Source of the DNA: Camelus dromedarius | Taxonomy: Eukaryota | NCBI RefSeq assembly: GCF_036321535.1 | Contig: NC_087437.1 | Location: 121,026,001-121,086,000 of the forward strand | Length of the DNA: 60,000 bases | Direction: 5' to 3' | In this document: positions 49,626-60,000 of the stretch, in pieces | Layout: every line of letters begins with the position of its first letter | Position numbering within the stretch: the stretch's first letter is position 1 | Notes under the pieces: generated by a model | What the model saw: only the letters and a program-made list of their open reading frames with translations | Told to the model about the DNA's origin: nothing | Database searches by the model: none | Translations under genes and position numbers: made by a program

Positions 49626-49896
49626 GCACCTGGAGCACCTGCACCCCGGGGGGGCTGGGAGCCCCTGGAGCACCTGCACCCTGGGGAGGCGGGGAGGTGG
49701 GGAGCACCTGCACCCTGGGGAAGCTGGGAGCACCTGGAGCACCTGCACCCCAGGGGGGCTGGGAGCCCCTGGAGCACCTGCACCCTGGGGAGGCGGGGAG
49801 GTGGGGAGCACCTGGAGCACCTGCACCCTGGGGAAGCTGGGAGCACCTGGAGCACCTGCACCCCGGGGGGGCTGGGAGCATCTGGAGCATCCGCAC
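49626..49896. repeat. GC-rich minisatellite, ~35-bp monomers in higher-order arrangement
   Basis: Seven copies of ggagcacctgcaccc, each followed by one of three G-rich variant tails. Confidence 0.95.
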
Positions 49897-50307
49897 TAAA
49901 ATTCCAGAGGAGGAAAGGAAGTGTTTTGTGGGCAGTCATGTGCGGGGCGGTGTGGGCCGTCTCTGAGGGGCAATGTCAAGCTGAGATGAAGGACAAGGGA
50001 GGCCAGCCTGAGGGAGGAGGGGGCCGGGCAGGGGCAGGGGAGGGGGAGGCAACCAGTGGTCCTGCAGGGCCTGGAGGTCACGCTGAGGAATCTGGGCTCT
50101 AGTCACTGGACGGTTTAAGCGTGGCCAGGACTGTGTGGTCATGTGTGTGTCCCCAGGTCCAGCGGGGCAGCTGGCACACAGCGGACACTCAGCGTGAGAG
50201 CACACAGTCACAGCCACCTAGACCATCAGGCAGCACTGAGCCTCCGCTCTGTGCCGGACCCAGGGGAGTTGCCTGAGACGCAGCCCCAGGCAGGAAGGGA
50301 CTGGAAG

Positions 50308-50520
50308 ACGTGTGTGCACATGTGTGTATGCATGTGTGTGCACAGATGTAAGTGTGTGAGTTTGTGTGTGTGTGCACGTGTGGGGTGTGTGGCTGTGTGT
50401 CCATGTGTGTGCACATGGGTGGAGTGCGTTTCCTTGTGAGTGTGTTTATGCAAATGTGTGCACGTGTGGGGGTGTGCAGATGTGTGTGTATACGTGTGGG
50501 GGTGTGGCAGAGGGTGGGGC
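50308..50520. repeat. Degenerate (TG)n-rich tract
   Basis: Interrupted gtgtgt runs with repeated tgtgtgcac. Confidence 0.85.
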
Positions 50521-50871
50521 TGCATGCTGGTGGCAGGTGAAGGGGTGCCACTAGCTGGGCAAGGCCCCCACACTGTGGCCGGCTCGCTCTTTACTCAGTG
50601 TCCACTGATTTAAGTGTTCGTCTCACCCAGACACACACAAGTCAACCATCCCAGGTCTCTGGGGACCCACCTGTGGCAGGAGCCCCTGGGTGAGGGGCCA
50701 CTGCTCCCAGCCAACCGTGCCTGAGGCGCCTCTCTGCAGGCCCCCGGGCCCATGGCCCTTCTTTGGTTCGTCTCACAAGCTGCTCATGTCCTCCCTCAAA
50801 TCCCACTTAAAATCAGAACATCCAGCAGACCGCAAGGGCCATGGCTTGTCGCCACATCCCTTCTGGGAGGG

Positions 50872-51054
50872 TGGGTGGTGAGCAAACCGAAACCAAACCA
50901 GGACACCCACCTGAACCTGAACTTCATATATACACCAAATATTCCTTTAGTACGTGTTCTATGCAATATTTGGGGTATGTATTTCTTAAAAAGCATTTAC
51001 TGTGTATCTGTAATTCAAATTTAACCGGAGATCCTGCATTTTTATCTGGCACCT
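50872..51054. mobile_element. MER53-like palindromic hAT MITE
   Basis: Left arm caggacacccacctgaacctgaacttca; right arm tatctgtaattcaaatttaaccggagatcctgcatttttatctggcacc; ~180 bp imperfect inverted structure. Confidence 0.7.
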
Positions 51055-52804
51055 TCAACATACCCTCCCTGGACCAGCAGATCCAACCCATGGCCCAGAC
51101 CCACTAGGGCCCCTGGCTGCCCAAGGCAGGGATACAGCCAGGCCTTTGGGACAGTGACAGCAGGGATGTGTGGGTCCAGCAGGGCCGGGGGGTGGGGGCT
51201 GTTGCAGCGAAGGGCACAAATACTGAGTGTAGACAAGGGGAGGGGGGTTCCGTGCCCACAGACTTACCCTGGGGACACTCTAGCCCTGGGACTTCTCTTT
51301 CACACAGGCCCCCTGTCCTGGCCCACACCCCCCGCCCCCACTCCCCTCTCTTTGCCATTCCCCATGGGCAGGGGTCATCTTTGTCCGAGCTCAGCCCCAG
51401 CCTCCCAGAAGCACATGGCCCACCAACAGGCCTGAAGCAAGCTCTTGAAAAATCTCCACTTTGGGAAATCAGGAGGGCCCTGGTAACAGCTTTGAGGTTC
51501 CAAGTGTGGTCTGGACTGAGAGGGAGCGGGCTCAGGACAGGGCTCCTTCCTGGGGCAGCTGGGCCGACCCAGGTGTTGCGTGGAGCTGACCGGGGGATCC
51601 AGGACTCGGGCTGGCTGCAGCTGCCTCCCTGGCCCTGACTGTGCGATCCTGCGCAAAGGACAGTGAGAATTTTAAAGCGGAAACAGCAGAGCCGTAAACA
51701 GAGCATGAGGCCTTCCTGCCGCTGAGCCCCTGGCTCCCACGCCCCACGCCAGAGCAGGCTGGGGGTGGGCCACGGAATAGGTCCTGGCTGCGCGTGGACC
51801 CCACTGGGCCTTCCGGGGAAACTCCTGGCACAGGGACTTTCCCTTCCAGCTAGGAGGCTGCCCGGGGCAGGGGTGGCACCTCCCCTCCCCACCTGGTTTC
51901 CAGGGTGTCACGTCACACCTAACAGCTGTCCCAGGGAGGCAGGAGGCCATGCCTGGTGTGAGGTCAGGGCACCGGACGTCGGAGGAGCTGGGCAAGTGCA
52001 GGCCCAAGGAGGCATTCCAGTCCATCCCACACCCCAGAAGGCCAGCCTGGGTGCAGAGGCATGAGGGTCCCATCACCCAGGGGTCTCCCATGGGTGTGGC
52101 CTCAGAGAGGAGACAGGACCATGCCATGCTTGCTTGGGATTCCTGACCCGACCCCACCCCACAGCGTTCATGGGTAAACTGAGGCTGGAGGAGGAACTTC
52201 CAGCAGAGGAGAGGTGCGCTGGTGACGAGGGACCTGGGGGCACATCAGGCTGCAGTGGCAGAGTGAGTCCTCAGCCCGGGATGCACTCGCCATGGGTCGA
52301 GTTCCCGCCAGACACACGCAGAAGCAGCAGCGCTTTTGTAAAAAGCATCATAAATATATTTCAGTGTAGACAGGACACAATAAATAGCTGGTACAAGTGT
52401 GTCGGACAGCACCGAGCAGGCCCCGCTGGGCTCCCTGGCCAGGCCCCGTCCAGCTGTGTGGCGGTTGCTCTGGCAAGGTGACAGGGCTGCTGTTTTTGAG
52501 GTAAAATTTTGTAGGAACTTTTCCCTTAAAGCAAAGTCCCTGCATGACACCAGACCTGTAGGGGCAGCTCCGGTCTTCTGCCTGGACACCCATGGAGCCG
52601 CCCGAATAGGGCCATCACAGTTACCAGGGCGGAGGGGACGATGCCCCTGGCTGGACAAGACTGGGGATGGCAAGCTGGCAACTCTGGAAGCCATGGCTTC
52701 TCCCAGGCTCGTCCCCCCCACCTCCACCCCCGGAGGTTCCAGAGCTTCTCGGGTGGGATTCTGGGGTGCGGCCAGGTGGTCCTGGCCCTGGGGCCCCGGG
52801 CCCA

Positions 52805-52958
52805 TCACCCTGTCCTCAGCTTCAGCACCCTGGACAGGGGCTCCTTGGCGCTGGAGTAGACTAGGTAGGCCCCGGCTGCCGTGCGGAAGGCTTCCCAGTC
52901 CCTGCAGCCGAAGGTCGGGAGGCTGTGCACGGCCACGAAGCCTTCGTACCCCTGCCAC
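52805..52958 (-). CDS. TSPEAR: TSPEAR last coding exon (final EAR repeat) including stop TGA
   Basis: Minus strand cag|[63 protein letters not shown]. Confidence 0.95.
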
Positions 52959-53809
52959 CTGTGGGGAGAGCTGCCGTCAGCCTCGGAGGCAGGGACGCTG
53001 GTGCCAGGAGGGGAGAGGATGCCCAGGTGTCGGGACTGCTCCGCCTCCCTGGGTCTCCCACCCTGCCGGCTTGCACCCTGTGGTTCCGTAATCCTCGCCA
53101 GGCCCTCGCCTGCACTTCCCACAGGCCACGCTTCCCGGGCCTCACAATCTCCCCAGGTTACAGTCCCGGGGAGCTGGGCCCGGAGGGGCTGTCACAGCCT
53201 GCAAAGAGCAAAATGAGCTCTTTTTGGAAGAGGGAACTTCCCTGTCCGAGACCCTGCAGCTGCGTACCCACCCAGGGTCCTGCCCCAGCCCAGAGTGCCC
53301 TCTGGGTGCCCCCAGTGAATGGAGGCTGCCGAGGGGTCCTGGCAGCTTGGGGGTGTTAACAGCAGGGCCGAGCCCCAGCCCCCTCCTCACTCCTGGGGCG
53401 GGCGCAGACAGTGAGGCTGGTGCCCTCAGACACACACGGGCACCACTCGCATGTGGCACCCGGCATACGGCTTTGTGGCCCACGCCCCCATGGGAGAGTG
53501 CCACGCCCAGTTCTGCCCTTCAAAGGGGGTTTACTGACAGTAGTTCTGTGTCCATCGGGTGGAGGCCCTGGAGCAGGCCGCCTGGATCAAAAGCAGCAGC
53601 AGTTTTAATTTAGTGTTTTTCCAGGTGACTTTCTGGAAAGGCTGACATGATTCCTGTCCTGGTGGGAAAGGAGCAGCCCCTGCGCTCCCGCCCCCAGCAC
53701 TGTGGGTCTTTAAACAGCGTCCAGACAGACGGGGAAACATGTTAGCTTCGTGCTTTGAGAAAAACAACTTCTACTGCGGTTACTCACGCTTTCCGTTTTT
53801 TCTTCCAAA

Positions 53810-55390
53810 GACCCCTGTTCGTGCCTTTTGCCCATTTTCCCCCATCCCCAAAATCTTTTATTACTTTGTGGAGCTCCTGTTCAGCTGAATGTGTGGTGAA
53901 CAGTGGACAGCCTGTCTTTTCATTTTGAATAAGATGCCCTTTGCATAGAAAAGCTTTCAGTGGAGGCAGTCGACGTGGCCACCTCTTTCCAGCCTGTGCA
54001 AAACCTCCCGTCTTCTCTGCAGAGCTTGCAGGTTTTACAACATCATTTCAGCTTTTCTTCTACTATTTCTGCTGTTGAAGGTTTTGCATTTAGACGTCTG
54101 CACCTTACAAAATGTATTTAGTGTATAATATGAAGCAGGGATATAGCTCTGTTTTCTTCCATATGAACAGAAAATTACAGGAAATTATTTTATTAAGTAA
54201 TGTGTCCTTTCCTCATTGAATTGAAATGTAATGTTACCACACTAAGTGGCTGTGAAAGGCTGCTCTCTTCTGGACTTCGTTCTATTCTTTCTATACATTT
54301 GTTTATTTTTTAGCAAAAATCCCACTGCTTCATTTGTGTGCTGCCCAGAACTTCACTAGTCTCCTTTTCAATATTGTGTTGCCATCCTTGAAAATGTATT
54401 TTTCCACATGAATTTTTAAATTACTTAAAATTTTTAAATCACTTAAGATTACTTAAAATTTTTTAAATTACTTCGTCTTGTTGAAAACAGCAACACGTTA
54501 GAAAGACTAAAGAAAATTGATGATTTTTCTAATAAAATACAGATGACCAAACTCGTCTCAAGAAGAGGTGGGAAACCTGATTAAACTGATAGCCATGGAG
54601 GATACTGGACAAACTGCTCAGGCACCGCTGAGAAGGGATCAGGCTGAGGCAGCCTTGTACGTGAACTTAACATCTCGGAATGGAAGCAGACACGTCCTGC
54701 TGCTCAACCCACTGCCGTCCACAGGTGCATCTATTAAGTTAGGGCCCATATCAGGCCCCCAGAAGACACCACAGAGCCATTTCATTTCCTATTACAGATG
54801 CAAAAATCTGAAGTCAATCCTAACAGTTGTTGCCAGGGGCATGGAAATAATTGTACATCATCAGTGAAGGGCGTTCGTCCCAAGTCGTTACATCAACAGA
54901 TTCACCAGGAAGAACCACGCCAGGCACTAAGGAGTGCCGAAGGGTCGCCGCACGACTGCTCACATCCCGCCAAACTGTGGCTTCCAGCCAGTTCCCATCA
55001 AGCCAGCAAGACAGAACTACTGGCCGCTGGCACCAAGACTCAAGACGGTCCTGGAATTTCTAGCTTATTGAGAAAACTAGGTGAACAGTAAAAACCTTCG
55101 CACTACAGAGCAAAGCTGCCTTCGTTCCCAGATGTGGCTGCACTCCCGGCACTCCCACAAGACTCTTCTTCAGAAAACTATTAGGACTGATAATGTAGCT
55201 CAGTGGCTAGACACAAAAAGTTCATTGTCCCGACAAGCAGATGGAGATGGAAGGGTACAGAACTCAGCAAATTCCCAGCGTGAATGTAAGGAGAATGCCA
55301 CAGCACCTCTGTGGGGACGTGCACAGCCTTACTGAAAGACACGTGAAAAATAGGGATCTGCCACAGATGGAGACACTTGATAGAATAAAA
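53810..55390. mobile_element. Highly decayed L1 ORF2 fragments in both orientations, with a short AT-rich tandem repeat at about 54410-54473
   Basis: ttttgcccattttcc, gttttcttccatatg (antisense); catttcatttcctattacagatgcaaaaatc, cacatcccgccaaactgtggctt (sense). Confidence 0.5.
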
Positions 55391-55642
55391 TAGGAATAAC
55401 TCTCAAACTAGTGTCTGCACACTGCATCTCCAGCCAGCATCCGAGGCCACGCGCATCTGTGTGAATAGCGGGTCACTGGCTGGCCCAGGGTGGGACCCGG
55501 ACTCAGCCTGCACCCAGGTGCACCCGGTGCCAGGCGACCCCAGGGCCCAGTGGCCTGTGACTCGCTCCGAGCCTGTGGCCACCGCAGGGAAGGTGAGCAC
55601 ACCGCCGGTGAGCCGAGGGAGCGGGGAGGGGCACGGTCTTTA

Positions 55643-55846
<204 letters not shown>

Positions 55847-55954
55847 TCAGGGTGGGGTCCCACCTCCAAAGTCCACAGAGCGGGGAGCGATTTTCTCAGC
55901 TGCACAGTGAGTTGGTCTATTCCAGGGAAATGCAAATTTGTCGTTCATTTTTAA

Positions 55955-56442
55955 AATTAAAAGTCAGTTTAATTGTACTAAAATTTGCATAACATAAAAT
56001 TTTCCACTTTACCCGTTTTTAAGTGCTCAGCCCAGTGGCATTAAATACCTTCACATTGCTGTACAGCCATCGCCACCATCCATCTCCAGAGTGTTTCCAC
56101 CTTCCCAGACTGAGACTCTGTCCCCATGGAACACTCAGTCCCCGTCCCTCCACCCCTGGCAGCCACGGTTCTGCTTTCTGTCTCTACGAGTCTGACTCCT
56201 CCTGGGGCCTCATACAAATGGAATCCTGTTGTATTTGTCCTTTTATGACTGGCTTATGTCCCTGAGCATAATATCCTCAAGGTTCACCACGTTGTAGCAG
56301 GTGTCAGGACTTCCTTCCGTTCTGAGGCTGAGCCATAAAGAGTCCATTGTAAGGATGGACCACCATGTTCACCCATTCATCTGTCGATGGACACTTGGGT
56401 TCAAGTGTGAACAGAACAGTGATGCTATGAATACAGGTGCAA
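55955..56442 (-). mobile_element. L1MB-type 3' end
   Basis: aacataaaatttt..ttttaagtgctcagcccagtggcattaaatac.ttcacattg ... ccattcatctgtcgatggacacttggg. Confidence 0.85.
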
Positions 56443-56834
56443 AGGTCACACACTCTGAAGAGGTTGAAATAGTCACAGGAACAAACCCAAGCTCCTGGTC
56501 ACTCCCTGAAGGCCTGCAGCGCCCCCTGGAGATGGGAACTTGAGGGCACGGGCAGAGAAGTCACCCAGTTGCTCTCACTCCCCCTGACACCTGTTCAGGT
56601 GCCAGTAGGATCTGCTGACACAGAGACGACCCCTTACATTTTGAAGCTGTGGTTCTTACTGCCAACAGACTCACTGCATCCTGTCTTCAGCAAGAGCATC
56701 CTGAACTTGCTAAGGGTGAGTCTGTGCTCAGATCCAACAGGTGGCTCCTGGAAGGACATCCCAGAGCCCCATCCCACCCAGGAGGCCAAACTGGGCATCA
56801 GCCATGGTCTCCAATCACCTCTCTGATTACTGCA

Positions 56835-56915
56835 GGCCCTGTGCCCACTTTACAGATGGAGAAACTGAGGCCACAGCCTTGCAGCAAGCAGGAGTTAGTT
56901 GGAAGCCAAAGGCCA
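56835..56915. mobile_element. MIR core fragment
   Basis: cccactttacagatggagaaactgaggccacag. Confidence 0.65.
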
Positions 56916-57489
56916 GGCCAGTGCATTTATGTCCGGTGGCTCAGTGCTATGACCTGTTAAAGTAGCAGGGGGCCACTCTCTCTTGGTTGATACTCAACCC
57001 GGGTTCCTTCTCTGTGGGGAAGTGATGGTGCTGACCTAGAGCAGGGTGCTCCAGCAGGACCCTGAGAGTGAGAGGGCCCACAGAGGGACCTGGGGGCACG
57101 TCGGGAGGCTGAGGCCAATGGGGGATCCCTCCTCACTGCTTCCTTCTTCCATTGGCCAAGATCCTGCCTCATGCCCCTTCTAGCCATGGCCAGTTATGAC
57201 TTGGTCATTGAAAAAAAGTTCATATAGTGTGGCTGTGGGCACAGGGCAGCTGTGTGGTCCCACGTGCATTACTCCTCCAACTGTAACTGAGTTCCAAAAC
57301 CAAGGCCTACAGAAAAGAAGCAAACAGCAAAGCATTGACTTACACTGTGTGCACCACGGCCCATATCAGAAGCCGCTTTGGCTTAACGAAGCAGAAGGCA
57401 AGCATCCTGCATGGCTTTCTGTTCTGCCTCCAAAGCAGCATGAAAGTAAGTCCGTTGACAGTAATTTGAAGTATATTTTTATTCTTCAG

Positions 57490-57908
57490 AACCACACCAT
57501 TTGTCAAAAGGTGGAAGCAGACAAGTGTCCATCAACTGATGGAGGATAAACAAACAGTGGCAAATAAACGTGGTGGAATATTACTCAGTGGTTAAAAGGA
57601 CTGAAGTGCTGACACGCCGCAATGTGGACAAACCTCGAACACGTGCTGAGAGAATGAAGCCAGACGTGAGAGGCCACGTCCCATGTCTTCCAGTCACACG
57701 AGGTGTCCACAGCAGGGAAGCCCAGAGGGACAGAGAGCGGACCGGTGGTTGCCAGGGGCTGAGGGAGGTGGGGGGAGAGGCAGTGGTAGCTAAAGGGTAG
57801 GGGTTTCTTTTCGAGGTGATGAAAATGGTCTAAAGCCACTGTGGTGATGGTTGCACACATCTGTGAATTTCATTTTAAAAACCTCCACTGAGTTGTTAAA
57901 AAAAAAAC
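57490..57908 (+). mobile_element. L1MB-type 3' end
   Basis: aaggtggaagcagacaagtgtccatcaactgatggaggataaacaaa ... ggtgatgaaaatg ... gtggtgatggttgcacac. Confidence 0.85.
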
Positions 57909-58221
57909 ACAAGCCACAGCGTTTAAAAGCAGTTAGAGTCAAGATTACAAAGAGGAGCCACAATCACTCCATGGGGCCCAGAAGTTTTGTGGTGTGGAGT
58001 GAGGCGGCGGCACACCTTCGAGAGGGGTCAGGCGCGCGTGGCCTCGGGGGTGCAGGGGCTGTGGGTGGCATCGCAGCCCCCTGGTTCCAATCATCCTGTC
58101 TGTCTGAAGCCCCGCCCCGCCCCGGCCCGGCCCCGCCCACCGGCCCCGCCCGGCCGCGCCCCGCCCCACCACGCCCCGCCCCACCACGCCCCTTCCCTGT
58201 AACCTGCAGCCCCACCAGTAC

Positions 58222-58409
58222 CTGCAGGTGAGGATCTCCTGGAACCTGACGAACGTCTGCGCGGTGACATTCAGCTCGTAGATGACCGAGTTGATGACGT
58301 ACGAGCCGTTTTGCACTTGCATTTCCACGTCGTAGCTGTGACTGTTCGCGACAGCGAGAAAGATCCTCTCTCCGATGTGGAAAACCTCCCAGTCTGCGGC
58401 GCCAAACGT
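58222..58409 (-). CDS. TSPEAR: TSPEAR third-last exon (EAR repeat); gene continues beyond the window
   Basis: Minus strand cag|ACG TTT GGC ... TGC AG|gtactg; [62 protein letters not shown]. Confidence 0.95.
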
Positions 58410-58914
58410 CTGGGACCAAGAGAAGGGGGGCAGGGAGCGCGCGTGAACGGAGAGACCCTCAGAATAGCCAGCCACGAGGCCCCAGCCTCAGCCTCGCGCC
58501 AGGCACCCGGCAGGCGCCCCTCCGCGCTGGCTTTTCTCTCCCAGCCTCATCGTCCGTGTCACCCACGCCTGCCCGGACCCGAGGAGATCATCTGCTGGAC
58601 GGCTGCTTACCACCTGCACCCCCTACTACCCACGCCCCAATGCTGCCGGCCCTGCGAGGTCCAGCTGCTGAACACCTCTTCCAGGGAGTCCTCCCTGCTC
58701 CCTCCCGCCCGGCTCCGAACTCCGAAGCGACGCCTAGGTGCCTCTGGTGTTTCTTACTACATGCCGTCCCTGGCCTGAGGGTCTCCTTGGTTCTACGGAC
58801 AGCCCCATCGCTGGGTTCCTGTGCATGCTGTTCCTCCAAAATCACTTAGCACCTGGGGAGTGAGGTGTGCGGGGGGCAGCAGGGCTGGACTATTGGATGG
58901 GATCAAGAGCTACT

Positions 58915-60000
58915 TGGGCAATCCAAAAGAAAGAATCAGTGCACTAGAAGACAGACCAACAGAAATTATTTGAATTAAAGCACAGAAAGGGGGAAAAAAG
59001 TTTACAGTAAAAGTGAACAGAGCCTCACCGATCAGTGGGTCATACAGCGCGGTCCAGCATGCATGTAATTGGGTGACAGTAGGGAGAAAGGGAGGGAAGG
59101 AAGAAAGGGAGGAAAGTAGGAAGACAGGAAGGAGAGAAAAGAGAGAGAGAGAAAAGAAAGGAAAAATAAATGATGGCTAATCTTCCAAATTTAATTAAAA
59201 CCACCAAACCACAGACTAAAGGAAATAAGAGACCCCAAGCAGAATAAACACAAAAACCCCACACCCGGACACATCACACTCAAACAGATGGGAATGGAAG
59301 GGAAAGAGACAGTCTCAGAAGCTGCCAGAGGAAAAGACACATCCATTACAAGGTCGGTGGCACCCGACCTCACTGGGAACAACAGAAGTGCCATGTCCAC
59401 AGAAAAAGGTCTCTAAAGTAAATGAAAGAAAAACGTGAACCCAGAATTCTACAGTGAAAATAACCCTCGCAGTAAAATAAAGTCATTTTCAGATAAAAGT
59501 GGTAGGAGGGGTTGCCAGCAGACCCGCTTTCTAAGCAGTACTGAGGGGTGCTGGGAAGGCTGGAGGCTGACGGAGGTTACAGTCTGCAGGAAGGACACAG
59601 AGGGCGCTGGGAATGGCGGGCACGTGGGTGTAAAGGCTTTGCAGTAAAAATAACGACAAATTGTGGAGCTTGTAACCTGAGCGCAACTGTGAGCATATAT
59701 GCGCACACAGTACCCTGGTAGCCGGGTAGGGATAAATGAAATCATGCTGTGAGTACATTTATGTGTGATTATATATGGTTATTACATTATGTGTAAAGTA
59801 TAATATTAATTCAAAATAGATTGTAGCAAGTTGAAAACGTATGTTGTGATTACTGGAGCAACACACTGAATTAACACTGCAAAGAGGAGATAGAAGACTG
59901 TATACGTGACAAAGGGCTTGCATCCAGAATATATAAGGAACTCCTGAATGTCAATAATGAAAAGGCAACGCAGATTAAAATATGGGCAAAAGACCTGAAT
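58915..60000 (+). mobile_element. Decayed L1 ORF1 and ORF2 remnants
   Basis: aagaaagaatcagtgcactagaagacagaccaacagaaattat; acccagaattctac ... aaaataaagtcattttcagataa; gggcttgcatccagaatatataaggaactcc. Confidence 0.75.

Noticed and set aside
49626..49896. Repeat-spacer-like pattern resembling a CRISPR array or a collagen-like repeat gene
   Set aside because: Mammalian context; the spacers are recurring variants of one another, there are no cas genes, and all frames are open only because the unit lacks stops

Overview
This is GC-rich mammalian genomic DNA syntenic with human 21q22.3; its tRNA-derived SINEs suggest a camelid, which is an inference. It contains three conserved genes. (1) The last 23 coding exons of TRPM2 on the + strand (109-26280; exons 10-32 in human numbering). 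All introns are GT-AG with consistent phases, giving 3170 coding nt (about 1056 aa), with AATAAA at 27484. (2) LRRC3 on the + strand, with a CpG-island promoter, a probable non-coding first exon and a single-exon CDS at 38470-39243. (3) The last three coding exons of TSPEAR on the - strand, converging on LRRC3. Introns and intergenic DNA carry L1 remnants, MaLR (MLT1) LTRs including one complete LTR-internal-LTR element, SINEs, Tigger1, MER53, MIRs and tandem repeats. Nearly all other ORFs in the track are GC-rich noise. I found no convincing novel multi-gene system. The best leads are regulatory or lineage-specific: a candidate TRPM2 poison exon, a candidate internal promoter in TRPM2 intron 24, a 7-aa deletion in the TRPM2 delta-N segment, no tandem acceptor for TRPM2-S, three clustered uATGs in LRRC3, an E-box-dense minisatellite, and strongly GC-shifted ancient repeats. 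Comparisons with human or mouse and repeat family names are from memory and should be verified by alignment and RepeatMasker.
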